Below are positions 45,301 through 53,543 of a stretch of DNA of 64,000 nt, in pieces. This DNA comes from Bacteroidales bacterium. GTDB taxonomy: Bacteria > Bacteroidota > Bacteroidia > Bacteroidales > WCHB1-69. The stretch's first letter is position 1. Every line of letters begins with the position of its first letter. The notes beneath the pieces are model-generated. The model saw only the letters and a program-made list of their open reading frames with translations. It searched no databases and was not told the DNA's origin. A program made the position numbers and the translations under genes. The stretch covers positions 4,793 through 68,792 of the forward strand of contig JAGCXN010000021.1 in NCBI GenBank assembly GCA_017961265.1, written 5' to 3'.

Positions 45301-45669
45301 ATGCGGGGATGTGGGGATACGAGGATGAGAGGATACGATTAGAATCCTTTTTTAAACACCTTGCAGCCATAAGCCGAAGAAGGGGTCATACACCATATAT
45401 GCGGACTTTTCCTGTGTTATGAAATCTTTTTGTATCAATAATTTGCCGGCAAAATACAACTTTTATCCTAGATAGGATAATCCTGATTAGGATAATTTTA
45501 CATTTTTCGGAGCGAGCCACCAGAGTTATCATGGTAATTTCTGAATATATCTGTTTCTCTATTAGTTACAAGACCTCAAAGTCAAGAAAGGTACGAAGCC
45601 GTTCCATTCTCTCTTCCGCGGCATCACCTACGGTGTTCTTCTTTACCTGTCGCCCGTGCCGCGGGCACC

Positions 45670-45710
45670 TTCGACAAGCTCAGGCCCCCGCGGTGGTTGA
45701 GCCTGTCGAA
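45670..45710. repeat. REP-like hairpin TTCGACAAGCTCA-N15-TGAGCCTGTCGAA
   Basis: 13-nt arms with one mismatch. An overlapping alternative stem is GGTGGTT/AACCACC. Confidence 0.65.
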
Positions 45711-45851
45711 ACCACCGCCTATTAAAATATCACCTCTCCGAGGTGAGTGAGAGTATGTCAATACTCACAGACATACGGCACGATTCCGAAGTCGCACGCC
45801 GCCTTGCGATTTTTGCCGTTAAGAAATCGTGTAGCGGCAAACTACTTTTTA

Positions 45852-45888
45852 CCTATCACCTTTTACCTGATACCTATTCACCTTTTAC
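45852..45888. repeat. imperfect heptad array CCTATCA CCTTTTA CCTGATA CCTATTCA CCTTTTA
   Basis: Read directly. It lies just upstream of the -7 box of the 45947 gene and is related to the complement of GGTRATA. Confidence 0.6.
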
Positions 45889-45912
45889 TTGACAAACTAT
45901 ATAATAATATTG

Positions 45913-45920
45913 TATCTTTG
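45913..45920 (+). promoter_or_regulatory. -7 box TATCTTTG
   Basis: Lies 26 nt upstream of the ATG at 45947. Confidence 0.5.
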
Positions 45921-45946
45921 CACCCGTTTTCGAAACAATTCTGATA

Positions 45947-47284
45947 ATGAGAAACCTTATCGCCCTTTTCGCCACCATTTTCATTTTAATGTCCTATTCG
46001 TTCGCGCAGACGTGCGGCTGCACCGACCCGCTCGCGACCAACTACAACGCCAATGCCACCGTAAACGACGGCAGCTGCGTGTATGCCTCCGCCACCATCA
46101 GCGCGACGGAAATCGGACAACTTGGCGAGACACTGGACGGCAGCTCCACCCTCCTCTTCTGGAACGGCGGCTACTGGACCTACAACGACCACAACGACTG
46201 CTGCCTCTACCGCATCGACAGCACCACCGCAGCCACCATCGAGACCTTGTGCATCAGCGGTATCGGAAACTACGACACGGAGGAGGTGTCGCAGGACAGC
46301 CTCTACCTCTACTTCGGCGATTTCGGCAACAACAGCGGTGTGCGACAGAACCTGCACATCCTGCGCATCAGCAAGGAATCCCTTCTAAACCAGACATTTG
46401 TCGTCGATACAATCTGGTTCTCATACGAAGACCAGACCGACTTCACCTCGCACCCGCAGGCCACCGACTTCGACTGCGAGTCGTTCATCGTCACTGCCGA
46501 CAGCATCTACCTCTTCACCAAGCAGTGGGCTTCGGAACAGACTACCATCTACGGACTGCCGAAAACCCCTGGCACGTACGTCGCCCACCGACTCGAAACG
46601 TACAACGTGGGCGGACTCGTCACTGGCGCCACCTACGTCCCCGAATACCGTCTGGCCGCCCTCTGCGGCTACGACTACAACGGCGGAAGCTACCTCTCCT
46701 CCCTCCATCCGTTCATTCTGTTACTCTATGATTTTCAAGGCGATGACTTCTTCTCTGGAAATAAAAGAAGGCTCGATTTCGGTACATTGGTCAAGGATCA
46801 GGTGGAGGCCGTCGCCACCAGCAACGCCATGGACTTCTACATCACCAACGAGCACTTCACCACCACGCAGCTGGGCATCACCATTGACCGCCCGGCGAAG
46901 CTGCAGCGGCTGGACCTCCGCGACTACCTACTCCCCTACCTCGCCACGTTCGAGACCGAGCCGGAAGACACCGTCCCGACCGACACGGTGCCGACAGACA
47001 CCATCGTCACGCCACCCGACACCACCGGCATCCCGCAGTTCGGTACCGACGGGTTCCGCATCTACCCCAATCCCGCTTCCGACCAGCTGCATATCGACTA
47101 TCCGCAGAATTTCAAGGGGGCAAACTACGAAATAATGAACCTGAGCGGACAAAAAATAGCCAAAGGCATTTTGAAAGATGACACTATTTCATTGAATAAC
47201 AAGAGATTCAATACTGGAAAATACATTTTGGTCATCAGGGGAAAAGAAGGAGTAAAATCGTTCATTTTTATAAAAAAAGAGTAA
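45947..47284 (+). CDS. T9SS C-terminal-sorting-domain protein of unknown function
   Basis: Signal peptide MRNLIALFATIFILMSYSFAQ and a C-terminal FRIYPNPASDQLHIDYP...GKYILVIRGKEGVKSFIFIKKE. A short TVPTD repeat linker precedes the sorting domain. Confidence 0.6.
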   Translation: MRNLIALFATIFILMSYSFAQTCGCTDPLATNYNANATVNDGSCVYASATISATEIGQLGETLDGSSTLLFWNGGYWTYNDHNDCCLYRIDSTTAATIETLCISGIGNYDTEEVSQDSLYLYFGDFGNNSGVRQNLHILRISKESLLNQTFVVDTIWFSYEDQTDFTSHPQATDFDCESFIVTADSIYLFTKQWASEQTTIYGLPKTPGTYVAHRLETYNVGGLVTGATYVPEYRLAALCGYDYNGGSYLSSLHPFILLLYDFQGDDFFSGNKRRLDFGTLVKDQVEAVATSNAMDFYITNEHFTTTQLGITIDRPAKLQRLDLRDYLLPYLATFETEPEDTVPTDTVPTDTIVTPPDTTGIPQFGTDGFRIYPNPASDQLHIDYPQNFKGANYEIMNLSGQKIAKGILKDDTISLNNKRFNTGKYILVIRGKEGVKSFIFIKKE

Positions 47285-47304
47285 AGGCATATCAAAATAA
47301 AGTG

Positions 47305-47312
47305 TAACTTTG
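47305..47312 (+). promoter_or_regulatory. -7 box TAACTTTG for apt
   Basis: Lies 26 nt upstream of the ATG at 47339. Confidence 0.5.
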
Positions 47313-47338
47313 CACCTTGATTTGAAAACCTAAAAATC

Positions 47339-47851
47339 ATGCTTGATACAAGTAAAATCCGTGTGATTCCCGACTTCCCTAAAAAGGGCATTCAGTTTCT
47401 GGACATCACTACGATCATGAACAACGCCGACTATTTTCAGGAGGTGTTCAATATGCTTTTGGAGATGGCGAAAGAGGTGAAACCCGACGTGGTGGTCGGG
47501 TTGGAGGCTCGTGGCTACTTTTTCGCTCCCGCACTTGCACTCGCACTCCATGTGCCGTTCGTTCCCATCCGCAAAGCGGGCAAACTCCCCTACTCCACCT
47601 ACAAGGCAACCTATCAGCTGGAGTACGGAGAAGCCTCCATTGAGATCCACACTGATGCGATGAAAGAAAACCAGCGCGTGCTCATCTTCGATGACATCCT
47701 CGCCACCGGAGGCACCGCCGAAGCCGCCATCGACCTTGTGAAACATTTCAATCCATCATTCATCGCGACGCACTTCCTTATGGAAATCAGCTTTTTGAAA
47801 GGACGCGACAGAATCACTGCAGACGACATCCGCTCTCTGCACCTTGTTTAG
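47339..47851 (+). CDS. apt: adenine phosphoribosyltransferase
   Basis: PRPP-binding motif (VLIFDDILATGGTAEA) and FPKKGIQFLDIT. Confidence 0.9.
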   Translation: MLDTSKIRVIPDFPKKGIQFLDITTIMNNADYFQEVFNMLLEMAKEVKPDVVVGLEARGYFFAPALALALHVPFVPIRKAGKLPYSTYKATYQLEYGEASIEIHTDAMKENQRVLIFDDILATGGTAEAAIDLVKHFNPSFIATHFLMEISFLKGRDRITADDIRSLHLV

Positions 47852-47890
47852 AATACAACATTTTATATCACATAACTAAAATAAAGAATT

Positions 47891-48916
47891 ATGGAAAACA
47901 TTGACTGGGGTAAATTATCCTTTGGTTACATGAAAACGAACTACAACGTTCGCTGCTACTACAGAAACGGCAAATGGGGACAGTTGGAAGTCTCCTCCTC
48001 TGAAGACATCACGATGCATATGGCAGCTTCTTGCCTCCACTACGGCCAGGAAGCTTTCGAAGGTTTGAAATGCTACCGCGGCAAGGACGGCAAGGTACGT
48101 ATCTTCCGTTGGATTGAAAACAGCCACCGCCTCCAAAGCTCCGCCGAAGCCATCATGATGGCCAAGGTTCCCGATGAACTCTTCAAAGAGGCTTGCTGGA
48201 AAGTGGTCCAGTTGAACGCCGACTTCATCCCGCCGTACGGCACTGGCGCAAGCCTGTACCTCCGTCCGCTGCTCATCGGCACCGGCGCAAAGGTGGGTGT
48301 CAGCCCCGCCGACGAATATTTGTTCATGATCTTCGTGACCCCCGTCGGACCTTACTTCAAGGCTGGTTTCAAACCCGTTCCGATGCAGATTGTGCGCGAC
48401 TTTGACCGTGCCGCTCCGATGGGCACCGGCCATGTGAAAGTGGGTGGTAACTACGCTGCCAGCCTCCGCGCCGGCGAACGCGCCCACCACGAAGGTTTCG
48501 CCGCCTCCATCTTCGCCGATGCCAAAACGAAACAGTACATCGACGAAGCCGGCCCGGCCAACTTCTTCGGCATCAAGGACGGCAAGTACATCACGCCCGA
48601 CTCCGGCTCCATCCTGCCCTCCATCACTAACAAGAGCCTCCGCGAACTGGCCGCTGATATGGGCCTGACCGTCGAGAGACGCCACATCCCGATCGAGGAA
48701 ATCGCCACTTTCGAGGAAGCCGGCGCCTGCGGTACCGCCGCCGTCATCTCCCCCATCGACTACATCCAGGATCGCGAAAACGGCAACGTCTATCAGATTG
48801 CCAAGAATGGCGAACCCGGCCCGTGGTGCGTCAAGCTCTACAACCGTCTGACCGGCATCCAGTACGGCGAAGTGGAAGACAAATTCGGCTGGTGCGACAT
48901 CATTGACGTTGATTAA
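47891..48916 (+). CDS. ilvE: branched-chain-amino-acid aminotransferase
   Basis: Fold-type IV PLP enzyme pattern: LHYGQEAFEGLKCYR, a PLP lysine in GHVKVGGNYAAS, and GTAAVISPI. Confidence 0.9.
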   Translation: MENIDWGKLSFGYMKTNYNVRCYYRNGKWGQLEVSSSEDITMHMAASCLHYGQEAFEGLKCYRGKDGKVRIFRWIENSHRLQSSAEAIMMAKVPDELFKEACWKVVQLNADFIPPYGTGASLYLRPLLIGTGAKVGVSPADEYLFMIFVTPVGPYFKAGFKPVPMQIVRDFDRAAPMGTGHVKVGGNYAASLRAGERAHHEGFAASIFADAKTKQYIDEAGPANFFGIKDGKYITPDSGSILPSITNKSLRELAADMGLTVERRHIPIEEIATFEEAGACGTAAVISPIDYIQDRENGNVYQIAKNGEPGPWCVKLYNRLTGIQYGEVEDKFGWCDIIDVD

Positions 48917-48940
48917 CAATATTTAACGATAAATTTCAGA

Positions 48941-48970
48941 AAAACCCGCTACAATCAGCGGGTTTTCTGT
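48941..48970 (+). terminator. rho-independent terminator after ilvE
   Basis: AAACCCGCT-acaatc-AGCGGGTTT followed by a T-rich tail. Confidence 0.75.
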
Positions 48971-48977
48971 ATTTTTG
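48970..48977 (+). promoter_or_regulatory. -7 box TATTTTTG for the small lipoprotein gene
   Basis: Lies 45 nt upstream of the ATG at 49023, directly after the ilvE terminator. Confidence 0.5.
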
Positions 48978-49022
48978 CCGCACAATTTTGAACAGAAAAA
49001 TAACCTTAAAAATCAAAGAAAA

Positions 49023-49232
49023 ATGAAGAAATTTTTTGCAATCATTGCCGTTAGCGCATTCTTGTTCGCCTCCTGCGGTGGCAACAACAACACCGAAGCT
49101 ACTGAAGAAGTAACTGAGCCCGCAACTGAAGAAATCGTTGCTGCTGAAGAAACTACTGAAGAGTGCACCGAAGCTACTGAAGCTGAATGCACCGAAGAGA
49201 ACGCTGAAGTTGCTGAAGTTCCCGCTGAATAA
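49023..49232 (+). CDS. small acidic lipoprotein (69 aa)
   Basis: MKKFFAIIAVSAFLFASC lipobox followed by a Glu/Thr/Ala-rich tail with two Cys residues (TEECTEATEAECTEE). It has its own -7 box (48970-48977) and a strong terminator (49257-49288). Confidence 0.45.
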   Translation: MKKFFAIIAVSAFLFASCGGNNNTEATEEVTEPATEEIVAAEETTEECTEATEAECTEENAEVAEVPAE

Positions 49233-49256
49233 GGAATTTGCACTAACACAGAAAAA

Positions 49257-49288
49257 AAGAGATGAAAGTTCTTTCATCTCTTTTTTTT
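49257..49288 (+). terminator. rho-independent terminator after the small lipoprotein gene
   Basis: AGAGATGAAAG-tt-CTTTCATCTCT followed by T7, with an A7 run upstream. Confidence 0.8.
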
Positions 49289-49323
49289 GTGCCCTACAGT
49301 CCCGTCGGTAACGAAATTATAAG

Positions 49324-49331
49324 TATTTTTG
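49324..49331 (+). promoter_or_regulatory. -7 box TATTTTTG for the SBP gene
   Basis: Lies 18 nt upstream of the ATG at 49350. Confidence 0.5.
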
Positions 49332-49349
49332 CAACAAAATAATTTCAGA

Positions 49350-51011
49350 ATGAGCCATCATCAACCAACGAAAACTTACCGTCTTCTCCTTTCCTTCACT
49401 ACCATCTTTATCTTACTTACCTTCACCTCCTGCAAACGGAACGATTCCGGTGACGGCAAGATGATCTTCCGCTACAACGAGTCCTCCGGTATCACCAGCC
49501 TCGACCCCGCCTTCGCCTCGGGCCAATCCTCCATCTGGCCCTGCAACCTCCTGTACAACGGTCTCGTCGATTTAGACGACTCGCTCCGCATTGTGCCCGC
49601 CATCGCGAAGAGCTGGGAAATCAGCACGGACGGGAAAACCTACACCTTCCACCTGCGTGACGACGTTTTCTTCCAGAATACCAGCTATTTTCCTTTCGAC
49701 ACCCCGCGGAAAGTAACTGCACACGACTTCGTCTATAGCCTCGGCCGCATCACTGACCCCGCCGTCGCCTCGCCGGGAGCTTGGATCTTCCAGAAAGTGG
49801 CCCGTGACGAAGCCGGCAGCCCCAAATTCACCGCACTGGATGACAGCACCTTCCAAATCGAACTGACCCAGTTCTTTCCGCCGTTCTTAGGCATCCTTGC
49901 CATGAAGTACTGCTCCGTGGTGCCGCAGGAAGCCATTGAACACTTCGGCAAGGAGTACCGTCGCTACCCCGTCGGCACCGGCCCGTTCCAAATGCAGCTC
50001 TGGGAAGAGGGCGTCAAACTGGTCCTGCGGAAAAATCCCGACTATTTCGAAACCGACGAGCGAGGCAACCGTCTCCCCTATCTCGATGCCGTCGCCATAT
50101 CCTTCATCGTGGACAAACAGTCTGTCTTTATGGAGTTTATGAAAGGTTCATTGGACTTCATGTCCGGCATCGAGGCCTGCTACAAGGACGCCCTGCTGAC
50201 CAAGGACGGCAAGTTGCAGACCAGCTATGCCGATGACATCGTGATGGAGACCTGCCCATACCTGAACACGGAGTATCTCGGGTTCATGTTGAAAGGCGAC
50301 GATCCGAACAACCCACTGAACATCAAGGAGGTGCGACAGGCCATTAACTATGGTTTCGACCGGGCCAAGATGATGCGCTACCTGCGGAACAACGTGGGAT
50401 ATGCCGCCAATTCCGGCTTCGTGCCGAGGGGGATGCGCTCTTTCGACGAAAACCGTGTCCGTGGCTACGAGTACAATCCAGCCAAAGCACTCGAACTATT
50501 GGCGAAGGCCGGTTTCCCGAACGGTCAGGGGCTTCCGCCGATTCCGATTTCAACCTCCGCCTCCTACCTCGACCTGTGCCAGTACATCCAGCACGAGCTG
50601 GGCGAGATCGGGATTCCCGTGACGTTAGACGTGCAGCAGGCCGCGCAGCAGCGGCAGATGATGCGCGGCTACAAACTCCCCTGTTTCCGCGGCTCATGGA
50701 TTTGCGACTACCCCGATGCAGAGAACTACCTCGCCCTCTTCTACTCCCAGAACCTGCAACCGACCGGTTCCAACTACACCCACTACGTAAATCCAAAGTT
50801 CGACAAGCTGTTCGAAAAATCACAGACCATACTGGACGATTCCGCCCGCAACGAACTTTACACCCAGCTGGATTCCATGCTGATGGAGGACGCTCCGGTG
50901 GTCGTGCTCTATTACGACCAAGCGGTGCGATTCCTGCGCAAGGGCGTAAAAAACTGCGCCCCAAATCCAATCAATATGTTGGACTTGAGGCGCACGTATA
51001 TCGAAAAATAA
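49350..51011 (+). CDS. ABC transporter substrate-binding protein, family 5 (peptide/nickel type)
   Basis: Lipoprotein-like N-terminus (LLTFTSC) and SBP_bac_5 patterns (LDPAFASGQ, LVDLDDSLRIVPAIAKSWEIS.DGKTYTFHLR). Confidence 0.75.
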   Translation: MSHHQPTKTYRLLLSFTTIFILLTFTSCKRNDSGDGKMIFRYNESSGITSLDPAFASGQSSIWPCNLLYNGLVDLDDSLRIVPAIAKSWEISTDGKTYTFHLRDDVFFQNTSYFPFDTPRKVTAHDFVYSLGRITDPAVASPGAWIFQKVARDEAGSPKFTALDDSTFQIELTQFFPPFLGILAMKYCSVVPQEAIEHFGKEYRRYPVGTGPFQMQLWEEGVKLVLRKNPDYFETDERGNRLPYLDAVAISFIVDKQSVFMEFMKGSLDFMSGIEACYKDALLTKDGKLQTSYADDIVMETCPYLNTEYLGFMLKGDDPNNPLNIKEVRQAINYGFDRAKMMRYLRNNVGYAANSGFVPRGMRSFDENRVRGYEYNPAKALELLAKAGFPNGQGLPPIPISTSASYLDLCQYIQHELGEIGIPVTLDVQQAAQQRQMMRGYKLPCFRGSWICDYPDAENYLALFYSQNLQPTGSNYTHYVNPKFDKLFEKSQTILDDSARNELYTQLDSMLMEDAPVVVLYYDQAVRFLRKGVKNCAPNPINMLDLRRTYIEK

Positions 51012-51016
51012 TGATG

Positions 51017-51703
51017 TTAGAAAGCGAACGAGACCGTGTCTTGCGCTTTCATCTTATTGATAGTGTTCTCCATCGTCTTTTTGAAAAGGCCCTTCGTCGG
51101 TTTGGCTTCAATTTTGCCAATTTTTGAAATAGGCATATCAAACGTGCGGGTCGATTTCGGAGGCACCTGCCCGACCACTTCATTGTTCACAAAAATTTCC
51201 AACGGAACTGTTTGTGTATTTTCCACCTTCAGGACATACGTAACATCCGCATTGATAAGGCTCTGCGCCAAGCTGGAAGCTAATTTCATTATAGCATCAA
51301 GATCCTCTAACTGGGCAATTTCGCGGGCCGTGGCGAGGACGATGGCTTTCTCCACATCAATCAGACGGGCTTGTACATAGAACTTCTCCTGAAACTTAGT
51401 GATGTCGGTCACGCATACCAAATCAACACCGAACTGGCGACCCAACTCGCAAATTTGGCTGTCATCCACATTACCGCCACGTTGGTAATCCTGCTCCTTG
51501 GAAATCTCCGAGAGGAACTCCACTGTTCGCTCAATGGCATTGTACTCCTTCGTAGCCACAAAAGCTGCAACCACCTCACTTCCAATAATTTTCTTAGTCT
51601 CTTTCGGAACACTTTCCGTAGCCGTCACATAGACAGCCACTTTCGTTTGTGCTGACAACAGAATCGGCACAAGAAGTATCAGAATCAAAACAATTTTTTT
51701 CAT
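51017..51703 (-). CDS. secreted hypothetical protein (possible LpoB/CsgG-like fold)
   Basis: Signal peptide MKKIVLILILLVPILLSAQ. The segment KVAVYVTA...YNAIERT resembles LpoB/CsgG-like domains only weakly. Confidence 0.3.
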   Translation of the reverse strand: MKKIVLILILLVPILLSAQTKVAVYVTATESVPKETKKIIGSEVVAAFVATKEYNAIERTVEFLSEISKEQDYQRGGNVDDSQICELGRQFGVDLVCVTDITKFQEKFYVQARLIDVEKAIVLATAREIAQLEDLDAIMKLASSLAQSLINADVTYVLKVENTQTVPLEIFVNNEVVGQVPPKSTRTFDMPISKIGKIEAKPTKGLFKKTMENTINKMKAQDTVSFAF

Positions 51704-51756
51704 AGTAAAATCTTATTAAATAATAAAATACAAAATTTCAAACGTAATTAATGGCG

Positions 51757-51764
51757 CAAAAGTA
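51757..51764 (-). promoter_or_regulatory. -7 box (TACTTTTG)
   Basis: Lies 53 nt upstream of the ATG at 51703. Confidence 0.5.
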
Positions 51765-51786
51765 CACAAAAAGAAAGAAAAAATCA

Positions 51787-51794
51787 TAAATTTG
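51787..51794 (+). promoter_or_regulatory. -7 box TAAATTTG
   Basis: Lies 25 nt upstream of the ATG at 51820. Confidence 0.5.
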
Positions 51795-51819
51795 CGACCT
51801 CATTTTCAACATTCTTTTG

Positions 51820-53529
51820 ATGAAAAAATTTATTTTCTACAACATCTTCTGCGTCGTCGCCGCTATTGGCCTTCACGCTCAAAATGATATCTTTGTTCCC
51901 ACCATTCCCCTTAACAAAAGCGTGGTTTTGGAAGAATATACAGGCGTTGAGTGCATCAACTGTCCCGACGGACACCTTATCGCCAACGAGATAGCTGAAG
52001 CGAATCCCGAACGCACCTTCATCATCAACATCCATGCAGGAAGTTATGCGGCAAACACCTACACTACCGATGAAGGTACCGTTTTACAAACAACTTTCGG
52101 CATAAACGCATACCCCAAAGCGACCATCAACCGACACACTTTCAGCGGTTTCCCGGATAATTTCGCACTCACGCGCGGGTATTGGACTGCAGCTGCCGAC
52201 ACCATTTTCAGCCAGCCTTCTCCCGTAAATATCGCTGCCCGGGGCACGTTGGATTGGACCACCCGCGAACTGAACATCACCGTACAACTCTACTACACCG
52301 CCGACGAAACCGACACCCTAAATCTGCTGAACGTGGCTATCCTGCAAAACAACGTCATCGGGGAACAGGAAGGCTACTATTACAATCCGGCACAGGTCGT
52401 CGGAAGCCAATATAGGCACATGCATATCCTGCGCCACCTGATTACCGGACAATGGGGTGACAGTATCCGCACCACTACGACAGGAAGTTTTGTTGAAAGA
52501 ACCTACAACCTCACTGTTTCCGAAATGCTCGGATCGCCCAACCCCATCTCAGCCAAGTTGGAAGACCTCACCTTCGTCGCCTTCGTCGCCCGCGGGCAAC
52601 AAGAGATTCTCACTGGTTGCGAAGTGGAAATGGAGAATATCAACCTGCCCGAAGTCGGTGCCCGTCTCAAAGAGATTGCTCCCGAACCCGTTCTTGACTG
52701 CTCCGCCCATGCTGCCATCACCGCCATTGTCCGTAACATCGGGAACGAACCGGTTACCGCACTCACATTTGAGTACAGCAATGACGCTGAAACCTATAAC
52801 TACACTTGGAACGGCCAGATTCCCTCACTCGATACAGCCAAAATCCTACTGCCACAATTCGTTACTACCCCCAACACCAATCAGAACGTAACAGCAAAAA
52901 TCACAAATGTAAACGGACAAGAAATGGACGGAGAGGAGTTTAACACCTTTCTGAAGAAAATGGTAGCGGAAGGAACCAGCACGATGACTCTCCGTATCAA
53001 AACCGACGGACATGCGCAAGAACTTTCCTATAAACTATACAATTCTAACAATGAGGTGGTACAACAATCCTCACCCAACCAGTTCACCAATAACACCATT
53101 TGTGAATTTCCTATCCACCTGACCGAGTCGGGATGCTACCGTCTGGAGGTCAGCGATGCGGGCGGCAACGGCATCACCAGCGGCTATGTCCGCCTCTATA
53201 ACAACTCCGACGAAATCATCCTCAACGCCACTGGAAACAGCTTCTCCTCCATACTATACGGTATGATTTCTTTCGAAACTGTGAACATCAGCGACATGAT
53301 TATGGATGAAAACACCTTCATCTTCCCGAACCCCACGACCGATGACATCAACATTAACTCCGAATCAGACATTCAGATGTTTGAAATCTACAATCTCCAA
53401 GGCCAGCGTGTAATTGCTGAGAACGGCAATGTCCGCACCTTCAACGTCAGCGGTCTCACCAAAGGCATGTATCTCCTGAAAGTGACCACCGAAAAGGGTG
53501 TCAGCACTTACAAGATTAGCAAACAATAG
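51820..53529 (+). CDS. Omp28-related thioredoxin-fold surface protein with a T9SS C-terminal sorting domain
   Basis: Signal peptide, then VLEEYTGVECINCPDGH (CxxC). The C-terminus reads FIFPNPTTDDININ...GMYLLKVTTEKGVSTYKISKQ. The ATG at 51820 follows a TTG at 51817. Confidence 0.5.
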   Translation: MKKFIFYNIFCVVAAIGLHAQNDIFVPTIPLNKSVVLEEYTGVECINCPDGHLIANEIAEANPERTFIINIHAGSYAANTYTTDEGTVLQTTFGINAYPKATINRHTFSGFPDNFALTRGYWTAAADTIFSQPSPVNIAARGTLDWTTRELNITVQLYYTADETDTLNLLNVAILQNNVIGEQEGYYYNPAQVVGSQYRHMHILRHLITGQWGDSIRTTTTGSFVERTYNLTVSEMLGSPNPISAKLEDLTFVAFVARGQQEILTGCEVEMENINLPEVGARLKEIAPEPVLDCSAHAAITAIVRNIGNEPVTALTFEYSNDAETYNYTWNGQIPSLDTAKILLPQFVTTPNTNQNVTAKITNVNGQEMDGEEFNTFLKKMVAEGTSTMTLRIKTDGHAQELSYKLYNSNNEVVQQSSPNQFTNNTICEFPIHLTESGCYRLEVSDAGGNGITSGYVRLYNNSDEIILNATGNSFSSILYGMISFETVNISDMIMDENTFIFPNPTTDDININSESDIQMFEIYNLQGQRVIAENGNVRTFNVSGLTKGMYLLKVTTEKGVSTYKISKQ

Positions 53530-53543
53530 AATTGGAATACCTG

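Noticed and set aside
45207-45944. Small ORFs 45207..45422, 45531..45725 and 45747..45944
   Set aside because: They lie in the repeat- and palindrome-rich spacer. They have no promoter box in the right position, and their peptides are repeat-derived (for example FDKLR... / LSLSK-like).
45889-46731. 280-aa plus-strand ORF overlapping the start of the 45947 gene
   Set aside because: It is the wrong frame. It is Arg/His/Pro-rich with no signal peptide, whereas frame 45947..47284 has both a signal peptide and a T9SS sorting domain.
47915-48919. 334-aa minus-strand ORF
   Set aside because: It is antisense to ilvE, which has the PLP-enzyme motifs. Its Gly/Ala/Val-rich translation shows no domain features.
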